DNA from: Mobula hypostoma
Lineage: Eukaryota
Length of the DNA stretch: 64,000 nt
Assembly: GCF_963921235.1 (NCBI RefSeq)
Contig: NC_086097.1
Span: forward strand, 134,790,001 to 134,854,000
Direction of reading: 5' to 3'
The position numbers and the translations under genes were made by a program. The notes beneath the pieces were generated by a model. That model saw only the letters and a list, made by a program, of their open reading frames with translations. It did not search any database and was not told where the DNA came from. Of this stretch, positions 11,520 through 23,703 are shown one piece after another (the stretch's first letter is position 1; each line of letters starts with the position of its first letter).

Positions 11520-11870
11520 ATCATCCCATTCGGATGCATCAAGGGTTGGTATGGTAACTGCTCTGCCCAAGCCCACAAGAAATTGCATCAACTTGTCAGC
11601 CCAATTAATCCTGAAAACCAGCCTCCCCTTCATGGACTCCATCTGTACTTCATGCAGCCTTGAGAAGCAACCAGTGTAATCAGGACCCCACCCACCAGTT
11701 CATTCTCTCTTTCCCCCCTCCCCTCAGTTGAATACGTACCACCAGACTCAAGGACAGCTTCTTTTCCACTGTTTTAAGACTCTTGGATAAGCTTCTTAAA
11801 ATGATAAAGATGAACTCTTGATCTCTCAATCTTTCAATCCACCCTGGCATGACCCTTACACTTTCTTGTA
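11520..11870 (+). mobile_element. Old Rex1/Babar-type fragment
   Basis: Degenerate GCI..WYGN and II.DP.HP motifs shared with the copies at 19.7-20.6 kb and 30-31.7 kb. Confidence 0.5.
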
Positions 11871-12005
11871 TCTGGTATATATTTTTTTTATTGTTTCATG
11901 TATCCAGATAATGGAAAATCTTTGCTTTGTATGTCATCTATACTTCATCAGATCAGTGTATGTGGTAGTACAAGGGAACACCATAACAAAATGCAGAATA
12001 AAATA

Positions 12006-12347
12006 TTCCTGTTCTGACATGGCCTCCTCTTATGCCACGATGAGGCCGCTCTTAGAGTGGAGCAGCAACACTTTGCATTCCGTCTGGATAGCCTCCTACC
12101 TGATAGCATGATTTTTCCTTCCATTTAAAAAAAACTCCCTCTCACCATCTTCTATTCTCCACTCTAGCCTCTACCTTTGCTCACCTGCCTATCACCTCCC
12201 ATTGGGGCCCCTTCTCCTTCCTTTTTCCCTTTGGTTCACTCTCTTCTCCTATCAGATTCCTTCATCTCCAGCCCTTTACTATTCCTACCCACCTGGCTTC
12301 ACCCATCACCTTAGCTATCCTTCTTCCCTTCCCACAACCTTTTATTT
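12006..12347 (+). mobile_element. Old PLE, GIY-YIG C-terminus and 3' UTR (5' half; continues at 17866)
   Basis: Degenerate match to 16065-16180 (EQHLIFRLGSLQPDGM) followed by a pyrimidine-rich UTR. Confidence 0.7.
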
Positions 12348-13006
12348 TAGAAACATAGAAAATAGGTGCAGGAGTAGGCCATTCGGCCCTTCGAGCCTGC
12401 ACCACCATTCAGTATGATCATGGCTGATCATCCAACTCAGAACCCTGTACCTGCCTTCTCTCCATAGCCCCTGATCCCTTTAGCCACAAGGGCCATGTCT
12501 AACTCCCTCTTAAATATAGCCAATGAACTGGCCACAACTGTTTCTTGTGGCAGAGAATTCCACAGATTCGCCGCTCTCTGCGTAAAGAAGTTTTTCCTCA
12601 TCTCGGTCCTAAAAGGCTTCCCCTTTATCCTTAAACTGTGACCCCTCATTCTAGACTTCCCCAACATCGGGAACAATCTTCCTGCATCTACCCTGTCCAG
12701 TCCCTTTAGGATTTTATATGTTTCAATAAGATCCCCCCTCAATCTTCTAAATTCCAGCGAGTATAAGCCTAGTCGATCCAGTCTTTCATCCTATGAAAGT
12801 CCTGCCATCCCAGGAATCAATCTGGGGAACCTTACTTGTACTCCCTCTATGGCAAGAATGTCTTTCCTCAGATTAGGGGACCAAAACTGCACACAATACT
12901 CTAGACGCAAACAACAGGAATTCTGCAGATGCTGGAAATTCAAGCAACACACATCAAAGTTGCTGGCGAACGCAGCAGGCCAAGCAGCATCTATAGGAAG
13001 AGGCGC

Positions 13007-13042
13007 AGTCGACATTTCAGGCCGAGACCCTTCGTCAGGACT
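13007..13042 (-). ncRNA. Hammerhead motif in the PLE 3' UTR (left arm)
   Basis: AGTC-CTGACGA-AGGGTCTCGGCCT-GAAA-TGTC/GACT on the minus strand. Confidence 0.65.
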
Positions 13043-13334
13043 AACTGAAGGAAGAGTGAGTAAGGGATTTGAAAGCTGGAGGGGGAGGGGGAGATGCAAA
13101 ATGATAGGAGAAGACAGGAGGGGGAGGGATAGAGCCGAGAGCTGGACAGGTGATAGGCAAAAGGGGATACGAGAGGATCATGGGACAGGAGGTCCGGGAC
13201 GAAAGACGGGGGGGGGTGACCCAGAGGATGGGCAAGAGGTATATTCAGAGGGACAGAGGGAGAAAAAGGAGAGTGAGAGAAAGAATGTGTGCATAAAAAT
13301 GAGTAACAGATGGGGTACGAGGGGGAGGTGGGGC

Positions 13335-14745
13335 CTAGCGGAAGTTAGAGAAGTCAATGTTCATGCCATCAGGTTGGAGGCTACCCAAACGGAATATAAG
13401 GTGTTGTTCCTCCAACCTGAGTGTGGCTTCATCTTTACAGTAGAGGAGGCCGTGGATAGACATGTCAGAATGGGAATGGGATGTGGAATTAAAATGTGTG
13501 GCCACTGGGAGATCCTGCTTTCTCTGGCGGACAAAGCGTAGATGTTCAGCAAAGCGGTCTCCCAGTCTGCGTCGGGTCTCACCAATATATAAAAGGCCAC
13601 ATTGGGAGCACCGGACGCAGTATATCACCCCAGTCGACTCACAGGTGAAGTGATGCCTCACCTGGAAGGACTGTTTTGGGCCCTGAATGTTGGTAAGGGA
13701 GGAAGTGTAAGGGCATGTGTAGCACTTGTTCCGCTTACACGGATAAGTGCCAGGAGGGAGATCAGTGGGGAGGGATGGGGGGGACGAATGGACAAGGGAG
13801 TTGTGTAGGGAGCGATCCCTGCGGAATGCAGAGAGGGGGGGGAGGGAAAGATGTGCTTAGTGGTGGGATCCCGTTGGAGGTGGCGGAAGTTACGGAGAAT
13901 AATATGTTGGACCCGGAGGCTGGTGGGGTGGTAGGTGAGGACCAGGGGAACCCTATTCCTAGTGGGGTGGTGGGAGGATGGAGTGAGAGCAGATGTACGT
14001 GAAATGGGGGAGATGCGTTTAAGAGCAGAGTTGATAGTGGAGGAAGGGAAGCCCCTTTCTTTAAAAAATGAAGATATCTCCCTCGTCCTAGAATGAAAAG
14101 CCTCATCCTGAGAGCAGATGTGGCGGAGACGGAGGAATTGCGAGAAGGGGATGGCGTTTTTGCAAGAGACAGGGTGAGAAGAGGAATAGTCCAGATAGCT
14201 GTGAGAGTCAGTAGGCTTATAGTAGACATCAGTGGATAAGCTGTCTCCAGAGACAGAGACAGAAAGATCTAGAAAGGGGAGGGAGGTGTCAGAAATGGAC
14301 CAGGTAAACTTGAGGGCAGGGTGAAAGTTGGAGGCAAAGTTAATAAAGTCAACGAGTTCTGCATGCGTGCAGGAAGCAGCGCCAATGCAGTCGTCGATGT
14401 AGCGAAGGAAAAGTGGGGGACAGATACCAGAATAGGCACGGAACATAGATTGTTCCACAAACCCAACAAAAAGGCAGGCTTAGCTAGGACCCATACGGGT
14501 GCCCATAGCTACACCTTTAGTTTGGAGGAAATGGGAGGAGCAAAAGGAGAAATTATTAAGAGTAAGGACTAATTCCGCTAGACGGAGCAGAGTGGTGGTA
14601 GAGGGGAACTGATTAGGTCTGGAATCCAAAAAGAAGCGTAGAGCTTTGAGACCTTCCTGATGGGGGATGGAAGTATATAAGGACTGGACATCCATGGTGA
14701 AAATAAAGCGGTGGGGGCCAGGGAACTTAAAATCATCGAAAAGTT
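13335..14745 (-). pseudogene. Inverted copy of the PLE coding region
   Basis: Same peptides as the right arm, the same frameshift near 13838 and an extra TAA (14482-14484 region) replacing TAT. Confidence 0.9.
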
Positions 14746-16199
14746 CAATCCCTTCCGACCTATGTTCGTGACACTTCTCACGCTCTTAAACTTTTCGATG
14801 ATTTTAAGTTCCCTGGCCCCCACCGCTTTATTTTCACCATGGATGTCCAGTCCTTATATACTTCCATCCCCCATCAGGAAGGTCTCAAAGCTCTACGCTT
14901 CTTTTTGGATTCCAGACCTAATCAGTTCCCCTCTACCACCACTCTGCTCCGTCTAGCGGAATTAGTCCTTACTCTTAATAATTTCTCCTTTTGCTCCTCC
15001 CATTTCCTCCAAACTAAAGGTGTAGCTATGGGCACCCGTATGGGTCCTAGCTATGCCTGCCTTTTTGTTGGGTTTGTGGAACAATCTATGTTCCGTGCCT
15101 ATTCTGGTATCTGTCCCCCACTTTTCCTTCGCTACATCGACGACTGCATTGGCGCTGCTTCCTGCACGCATGCAGAACTCGTTGACTTTATTAACTTTGC
15201 CTCCAACTTTCACCCTGCCCTCAAGTTTACCTGGTCCATTTCCAACACCACCCTCCCCTTTCTAGATCTTTCTGTCTCTGTCTCTGGAGACAGCTTATCC
15301 ACTGATGTCTACTATAAGCCTACTGACTCTCACAGCTATCTGGACTATTCCTCTTCTCACCCTGTCTCTTGCAAAAACGCCATCCCCTTCTCGCAATTCC
15401 TCCGTCTCCGCCGCATCTGCTCTCAGGATGAGGCTTTTCATTCTAGGACGAGGGAGATGTCTTCATTTTTTAAAGAAAGGGGCTTCCCTTCCTCCACTAT
15501 CAACTCTGCTCTTAAACGCATCACCCCCATTTCATGTACATCTGCTCTCACTCCATCCTCCCACCACCCCACTAGGAATAGGGTTCCCCTGGTCCTCACC
15601 TACCACCCCACCAGCCTCCGGGTCCAACATATTATTCTCCGTAACTTCCGCCACCTCCAACGGGATCCCACCACTAAGCACATCTTTCCCTCCCCCCTCT
15701 CTCTGCATTCCGCAGGGATCGCTCCCTACACAACTCCCTTGTCCATTCGTCCCCCCCATCCCTCCCCACTGATCTCCCTCCTGGCACTTATCCGTGTAAG
15801 CGGAACAAGTGCTACACATGCCCTTACACTTCCTCCCTTACCACCATTCAGGGCCCCAAACAGTCCTTCCAGGTGAGGCATCACTTCACCTGTGAGTCGA
15901 CTGGGGTGATATACTGCGTCCGGTGCTCCCGATGTGGCCTTTTATATATTGGTGAGACCCGACGCAGACTGGGAGACCGCTTTGCTGAACATCTACGCTC
16001 TGTCCGCCAGAGAAAGCAGGATCTCCCAGTGGCCACACATTTTAATTCCACATCCCATTCCCATTCTGACATGTCTATCCACGGCCTCCTCTACTGTAAG
16101 GATGAAGCCACACTCAGGTTGGAGGAACAACACCTTATATTCCGTCTGGGTAGCCTCCAACCTGATGGCATGAACATTGACTTCTCCGACTTCCGCTAG
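14743..16199 (+). pseudogene. PLE RT-linker-GIY-YIG coding region, 5'-truncated, with one -1 frameshift near 15695
   Basis: The RT frame (ORF 14839-15876) switches in a C-rich tract to LSAFRRDRSLHNSLVHSS...CKRNKCYTC...VIYCVRCSRCGLLYIGET, which stays open to TAG at 16199. Confidence 0.9.
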
Positions 16200-16500
16200 G
16201 CCCCACCTCCCCCTCGTACCCCATCTGTTACTCATTTTTATGCACACATTCTTTCTCTCACTCTCCTTTTTCTCCCTCTGTCCCTCTGAATATACCTCTT
16301 GCCCATCCTCTGGGTCACCCCCCCCCCCCGCCGCCGTCTTTCGTCCCGGACCTCCTGTCCCATGATCCTCTCGTATCCCCTTTTGCCTATCACCTGTCCA
16401 GCTCTTGGCTCTATCCCTCCCCCTCCTGTCTTCTCCTATCATTTTGCATCTCCCCCTCCCCCTCCAGCTTTCAAATCCCTTACTCACTCTTCCTTCAGTT

Positions 16501-16536
16501 AGTCCTGACGAAGGGTCTCGGCCTGAAATGTCGACT
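16501..16536 (+). ncRNA. Hammerhead motif in the PLE 3' UTR (right arm)
   Basis: AGTC-CTGACGA-AGGGTCTCGGCCT-GAAA-TGTC/GACT, about 300 nt after the GIY-YIG stop codon. Confidence 0.65.
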
Positions 16537-17865
16537 GCGCCTCTTCCTACAGATGCTGCTTGGCCTGCTGCGTTCACCAGCAACTTTGATGTGTGTTGCA
16601 CAATACTCTAGGTGTGGTCTCACCAAGGCCTTGTACAACTGCAGTAATATCTCCCTGCTCCTGTACTCGAATCCTCTTGCTATGAATGCCAACATACCGC
16701 CTGCCTTTTTCACCGCCTGCTGTACCTGCATGCCCACTTTCAATGACTGCTGTACAATGACACCCAGGTCTCGTTGCACTTCCCCTTTTCTTAATCGGCC
16801 ACCATTCAGATAATAATCTGTTTTCCTGTTCTTGCCACCAAAGTGGATAACCTTAGTTATCCACATTAAATTTCATCTGCCATGAATTTGCCCACTCACC
16901 TAACCTATCCAAGTCACCCTGCATCCTCTTAGCATCCTCCTCACAGCTGACACTGCCGCCTAGCTTGGTGTCATCAGCAAACTTGAAGATGCTGCATTTA
17001 ATTCCCTAGTCTAAGTCATTAATATATATTGTAAACAACTGAGGTCCCAGCACTGAGCCTTGCGGTACCCCACTAGTCACTGCCTGCCATTCTGAAAAGG
17101 TCCCGTTTATTCCCACTCTTTGCTTCCTGTCTGCCAACCAATTCTCTATCCACATCAATACAATACCCCCAATACCGTGTGCTTTAAGTTTGCACACTAA
17201 TCTCCTGTGTGGGACCTTGTCAAAAGCCTTTTGAAGATCCAAACATACCACATCCACTGGTTCTCCCCTATCCACTCTACTAGTTACATCCTCAAAAGAT
17301 TCTATAAGATTTTTCAGACATGATTTTCCTTTCACAAATCCATGCTGACTTTGTCTGATGAGTTCATCACTTTCCAAATGTGCTGTTATCACATTTTTGA
17401 TAACTGACTCTAGCATTTTCCCCACCTCTGATGTTAGGCTAACCGGTCTATAATTCCCTGGTTTCTCTCTCCCTCCTTTTTTAAAAAGTGGGGTTACATT
17501 AGCCACCCTCCAATCCTCAGGAACTAGTCCAGAATCTAAAGAGTTTTGAAAAATTATCACTAATGCATCCACTATTTCTTGGGCTACTTCCTTAAGCACT
17601 CTGGGATGCAGACCATCTGGCCCTGGGGATTTATCTGCCTTTAATCCCTTCAATTTACCTAACACCACTTTCCTACTAACATGTATTTCCCTCAGTTCCT
17701 CCATCTCCCTGGACCCTCTGTCCCCTACTATTTCCAGAAGATTATTTATGTCCTCCTTAGTGAAGACAGAACCAAAGTAGTTATTCAATTGGTCTGCCAT
17801 GTCCTTGTTCCCCATGATCAATTCACCTGTTTCTGACTGTAAGGGACCTACATTTGTCTTAACCA

Positions 17866-18030
17866 TTTTGGCATCGTTTCCTTTCTTTTCCAGTCCTGAA
17901 GAAGGGTCTCAGCCAGAAACATCGACTGCTTGTTCTTTTCCATGGATGCTGCCTGACCTGCTGAGTTCCTCCAGCATTTTGTGTATGTTGCTTTGGATTT
18001 CCAGAATCTGCTGAATTTCTTAGTATTTAC
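17866..18030 (+). mobile_element. Old PLE 3' end (second half of 12006-12347) with a hammerhead-like motif at 17892-17927
   Basis: AGTC-CTGAAGA-AGGGTCTCAGCCA-GAAACATC-GACT followed by the GATGCTGCC...CCAGCATTTTGTGT terminus. Confidence 0.75.
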
Positions 18031-19679
18031 AATTAAAATGCAGTGCAGGCAGACAAGAAGATGCAAGGGCATGACAAGGAATATTGAGAGGTCAAGAATC
18101 CATATTATACTAGGGGACCATTCAATCGTCTTACAACAGCAAAATAGAAACTGTCTTTGAGCTGGTGGTACAACAGTGTATTCAGCTATTCATTTTTTCC
18201 CCCTTCTGTACTACCTCAATATGATATGTACAGATGACACGACAATGAAAGCTTTTTACTGCATCCTGGTATATGTAACAATAATAAACCAACTGGCAAG
18301 GCCAGGATTTATTGCTACACCTATTGAGGGTGCATTCTGGTGAAGATGCTCCCACAGTGACGATGAGGAATCAAGGATAGATTTCCAAGTGAGTATGAGG
18401 TACATTTGGGAAGAGAACCCACTTTTGTGTTTGGCATTTGTTGTGGTCGTCATTAATTTGGAAGGTGAAGTTTAAGTGAGTAATTGCATTTTACTCGCAT
18501 TTTGTAGGTGGTTAAGACTACGCGCACTAAAGACGTCAAAGGTGGTGGAACAGTCAAGTAGATGGTGTTGAGGAGTTCGAATAGCTTTAGATTCGCTGTC
18601 ATTGAAGCAAGTAGAGAATATTCCATCACTCTCCTGACCTCAAAGCCCTTGGGATGTCCCCTGGGTCACCAGTGTCTCTCATTTACACAGTATTTGTCTG
18701 GCTGGTCTAGTTGTGCTTCTGATCAATGGTGATCCTCCAGTAATATGGATGATCAGGGTCTGAGTAATGGGGATCCACACATCTGCTGCAGATATTCATT
18801 ACCTGTCTCCTTTGTGGCACAACCGCTAGAGTGCTATCTGGGTCTCGCTGCCAGAGGGCAAGGGCTGCTCTATTTGCTAAAGTGTCAGAATGAATTGAAC
18901 AGTGACACCAGTAAACATACCCACTTTGGACCTGGTGATGGAAGGCCAGTCATCGATGAAGCAACTATAGAATTTTGGGCCCAGGATTTTGCCCTGAGGA
19001 GCTCCTACAGACATGGTCTGGGAGCTGGAGTGAGTCACACCATCGTCCTTGATGTGGAATGTCATTCCAACCACTGGAGTGTCTTCTTTTTGATGGCACA
19101 TTAAGATTCAAATGTATCACCTGTGTGTCAAAATGTACAGTCAAATGTGTCATCTGTGGTAGCAACCAACAGACCTAAGTGTGTGCTGGGGACCTCTACT
19201 TTTAGAAGTGTCAGCACACATTCTGGTGCCAATGATGCTCAGTAGAAGAATACAGACCACAATAAGCAAAAAAAAACTGCAAACAGTGAAACAGGAACAA
19301 CCTTCTTCAATAAAACGCACCTACAATATAAAGCTTTACATTTCTTGATTCCAGCGTCACTAGCACCCTTTGCATTTTGACTAAGATGTGATAAGGTTGA
19401 GAGGTAAGTGGTCCTGATAAAACCCACATAGTATTGACGTGCAGGTTATAACTAAGTGGTGCTCAATAACACTATTGATGACTACTTCCGTTATTTTGCT
19501 GGTGGCTGAGTGCAGATTGATTAGACAGTAATTAGCTGGATCTGATTTGTCCTGCTTTTAGTGAACAGGATACACCAGGAAAATTAGTCAAGCAGCATAG
19601 AAACTGGCCCTTCAGTACAACTCATTCACGCCAACTAAGAAAGACACCTGAGCTAGTCCCAATTCCCTCCAACTCTTTT

Positions 19680-20660
19680 CTTACCAAAGAGCTGATTATT
19701 GATTACAGGAGCAGGAGGTCCATGAGCCAGTCCTCATCAGGGGATCAGAGGTGGAGAGGGTCAGCAACTTTAAATTCCTTGGTGACATCATTTCAGAGGA
19801 TCTATTCTGGGTCCAGCACGTAAATGCCATTACAAAGATGGCTTGGCAGCATCTCTAGCTTTAGAAGTTTGCAAAGATTTGGCATGTCATCTCAAACTTG
19901 ATAAACTTCTATAAATGTGTGGTGGAGGATTCTGACTGGTTGCATCACAGCCTGTTATGGAAACACCAATGCCCTTGTACAGAAAAATCCACTAAAAGTA
20001 GAGGGTAGAGCTGAATTCATCATGGATAACACCCTCTCCATCATTGAGCACATCTACACAGAGCACTGTCACAGGAAAGCAGCATCCATCATCAAGGACC
20101 CCCTTCACCCCCTTCTAGGCCATGTTCTCTTCTTGCTGCAGCCATCAGGAAGCAGGCACAGGAGTCCTGAGACTCAAAACCATCAGGTTCAGGAAGTTCC
20201 AAACAAGGGAAAATCTGAGCAACACACACAAAATGCTGAAGGGACTCTGGAGTTCTGCTGAAGGGTTTCGGCCCAAAACTTCAACTGTACTTCTTTTTTC
20301 ATAGATGCTGCCTGGCCTGCTGATTTCCTCCATTGTGTGATGTTCATAAAGTTATTACCCCTCATCATCAGGCTCTTGAAGTTATCCCTGCTGGTTCATA
20401 GATTATGATAACTGTGCACCCTAACACTACACAGTTCCCACAACCTATGGACTCACTTTCAAGAACTCATACCATGTTCTCAATGTTTATTGCTTATTTA
20501 TTTCTTTGTTTTTGTTTCTTTTTGTATTTGCACATTGGTTGTTTGTTCATCTTGTGTGTAGTTTTTCATTGATTCTATTGTGTCTTTGTATTTACTGTGA
20601 ATGCCCACAAGAAAATGTCATGTGACATGATGTACGTTAGTAATAAATTTACTTTTGACT
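19680..20660 (+). mobile_element. Rex1/Babar-type LINE 3' part with a nested degenerate palindromic mini-PLE (about 20200-20341)
   Basis: TKELIIDYR, NFKFLG, ILTGCITACYGN, RKAASIIKDP; the nested insert is flanked by GTTCAGGAAGTT and GTTCATAAAGTT. Confidence 0.75.
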
Positions 20661-21759
20661 TTCCATTGTACATATCTTAATGCCTTTCTAATGTAATGTT
20701 ATTGTACCAGTCTAAAGCATCTCCTCCGACTGATCATTCCATATCCCAAGCACCTTCCGTGTGTCAAAAGATGCCCCTCAGGTTCTACTAGATCTCCCTT
20801 TTCTCACCTAAAACCTAAATCATTTCATTCTTAATCCATCCCTGAGATAAAGACTGTGCATTCATTCTGTCTATGGCCCTTATGATTTTATACACTTCTA
20901 TAAGATCATGTCCTATTGTTTAGATGCCAGTGCTGTTGTTTTACAAGAACATCTTGGCCAGCGATCTAACTGGAGTAGGTTTTCTGTACTGCATCTGGGT
21001 ATTAGCCTAACCCCATAACCTTGGCTGTGTCCAGTGGTTTTCAGTTTCTTTTTTAAAAATCACATTGGAGTAAATCCAAATGGCTGTATACTGACTTTTA
21101 CAGAGATTGCAGAAGGAAGCTGAGATGAATCATCCACATGGCAAATCACAGAATAATGATTCAGCTCCATCTTGAACACTCACTTACTTGGCCCCGCCAA
21201 TGTGATGGCATTGAAGCACCCTCTTCCTCCTGTTAAGCTGCTCAATTGTCCTCCAATATCAATGAATAACAGTCGAAGACTGCAGAGTTGTAATCTGGTT
21301 GAAGATTAGCTTTATCAAAACATACAGTGAAATGCATCATTTTGTGTCTTAGGAATGTGGGAGGAAATCCATGCCGCCATGGGGAGAACACACAAACTCC
21401 TTACAGCCAGCGGTGGGAATTGAACCCTGAACAGTGATTGCCAGCACTGTTAAGCAATCGCACTGAGCTCTGTTATGTGTTTTTTTTTAAGCACATAAAT
21501 ACATCTGTTGATGCTTCACCAAGGTGAGTTCACCTATATAGGACCTTACCTTCAACACAGTCATCTTGATAATCGATATATTTCAGCACCTGATCAAGAG
21601 GCGATGGTTGTGTCACCAAGAGGAAAGACAAATTGAAAACTGCAAGTGCGAACTGTAAGGTTACTTTGCAAAATTAGGATGTTTAGTAAATACGGTATGA
21701 CCAAGAAATGAGAAGAAATACTGTAGATTATATTTATTCAGTAACACAAACAACTGCAT

Positions 21760-22440
21760 TCATTGAAAATAATGGTTGGAGTTGATACCCTTGTTATTTA
21801 CATAAATGACTTCTATGAGAAGGCTGAGTCAGTAAGTTTGTGGCTGACACAAGATTTGGAGTTGTTGTTGATAGTGAATAAGTTTATCAGGGATTGTAAA
21901 GGGATCTTGGTCAGTTAGGTAAGTGGGTTGTGGAGTGGCAAACAGATTTCACTGCAGATAAGAGTGAAGTAATCTACTTTCTAAAGTCAAACCAGTGTAG
22001 GACTTAAACTATGAACAATAGGGCACTAGGGAATGTAAGGGAACAGATCCACTTAAAGAGTAGAAGTGCATAGTTCATTAAAGGTGGCTTCACAGGTAGT
22101 AGAGAAATGAAAAAGGCATTAAACACACTGATCTTCATTAACCAGGGCACTGACTTTTGGAATTGGGGTATTATGTTGCAGTTGTACAAGTCGTTAGTGA
22201 CACTGCACCTGGGAGTACAGCATACCGTTCTGGTCATCCTTTTACAGGAAGGACAAAGTTAAGCTAGGAAAAGTGCTGAGCAGATTTATTGGGCTGTTGC
22301 CAGGAATAGAGAGCCTGAGTTATATAGACAGCTTTTGTTAGGCTAGGTCTTTATTCCTTGGAATATAGGGCAATCTGATAAAAGCATTTAAGATTAGGGA
22401 CTGGTTGGGCCAAAGGGCCTGTACCCATGCTATATTGCTC
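21760..22440 (+). mobile_element. Old CR1 RT and 3' fragment
   Basis: Degenerate SKFxxDT, LQLYKSLV and 3' tail similarity to the 6808-9561 copy. Confidence 0.65.
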
Positions 22441-22599
22441 AGCAAATCAATGTGTGCCTTGTATCTGAAATATTAGCAGTTTCTCTTTATCACAATAAGA
22501 ATATTTCCAAATATTTGTAGTAAGGAAGTCATTCTGCCCAAGCATGTAAAACTCCTGCTTTAAACTACAAACATTGAAATAGGGTGTGAAGGAAAATAA

Positions 22600-23703
22600 C
22601 AGAAACATAGAAAACCTACAGCACAATGCTGTGCCGAACATGTACTTACTTTAGAAATTACCTAGGGTTACCCATAGCCCTCTATTTTTCTAAGCTCCAT
22701 GTACCTATCCAAGAGTCCCTTTAAAGACCCTATTGTATCCACCTCCACCACCATCGCCAGCAGCCCATTCCACACACTCACCACTCGCTGTGTAAAAATC
22801 TTACTCCTGACATCTCCTCTGTACCTACTTCCAGGCAGCTTAAAACTGTGCCCTCTCGTGTTAGCCATTTCAGCCCTGGGTAAAAACCTATCCATACAAT
22901 CAATGCCTCTCATCATCTTATACACCTCTATCAGGTCACCTCTCATCCTCCACCACTCCAAGGAGAAAAGGCCAAGTTCACTAACCCATTTCAGGCAACA
23001 TCCTTGTAAATCTCCTCTGCACCCTTTCTATAGTTTCCCCATCCTTCCTGTTGTGAGGTAACCAGAACTGAGCACAGTACTCCAAGTGGGGTCTGACCAG
23101 GGTCCTATATAGCTGTAACATTACCTCTCGGCTCTTGAACTCAATCCCACCATTCATGAAGGCCTGTATACACTGCCTTCTTAACAGTCAACCTGCGTAG
23201 CAGCTTTGAGTGTCCTATATACCCAGACCGCAAGATCCCTCTGATCCTCCACACTGCCAAGATTCTTACCATTAATGCTATATTCTGCCATATTTGACCT
23301 ACCAAAATGAACCACCTCACACTTATCTGGGTTGAACTCCATCTGCCACTTCTCAGCCCATTTTTGCATCCTTTTGATATTCCGCTGCAACCTCTGACAG
23401 CCCTCCACCCTATCCACAACACCCCCAACCTTTGTGTCATCAGCAAATTTACTAACTTCTTTATCCAGGTCATTAATAAAAATCACGAAGGGAAGGGGTC
23501 CTAGAACAGATCCCCGAGGCACACCACTGGTCACCGACCTCCATGCAGAATATGATCCATCTACAACCACTTCTGTGGTTCTGTGGTTAAACCAATTCTG
23601 GATCCACAAAGCAAGGTTGCCTTGGATCCCATGCCTCCTTACTTTCTCAATAAGCTTTGCATGAGGTACCTTATCAAATGCCTTGCTGAAATCCATATAC
23701 ACA
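22600..23703 (-). mobile_element. CR1 LINE, 5'-truncated
   Basis: [46 protein letters not shown] tail near 22600. Confidence 0.9.

Larger units (their letters stand above)
12905..16598. mobile_element. 3.7-kb head-to-head palindromic Penelope-like element (Neptune type)
   Basis: Left arm to 14745 (minus), right arm from 14789 (plus), 43-nt spacer; 13-bp TSD CACAATACTCTAG at 12892-12904 and 16599-16611; PLE RT (DVQSLYT, GVAMG, RYIDD), Cys-rich linker and GIY-YIG (VIY..YIGET). Confidence 0.95.
12348..17865 (-). mobile_element. CR1 LINE of the same subfamily as 6808-9561, 5'-truncated and interrupted by the palindromic PLE
   Basis: CR1 segments 12348-12904 and 16599-17865 are colinear with about 7745-9555; TTTCTATG tail at 12348-12362; stops present; possible ATTTT TSD. 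Confidence 0.95.

Noticed and set aside
12905..16598. Palindrome as a sequencing or assembly fold-back artefact
   Set aside because: The arms differ at many sites, a single TSD flanks it and the host CR1 continues correctly on both sides; spanning reads are still needed for proof.
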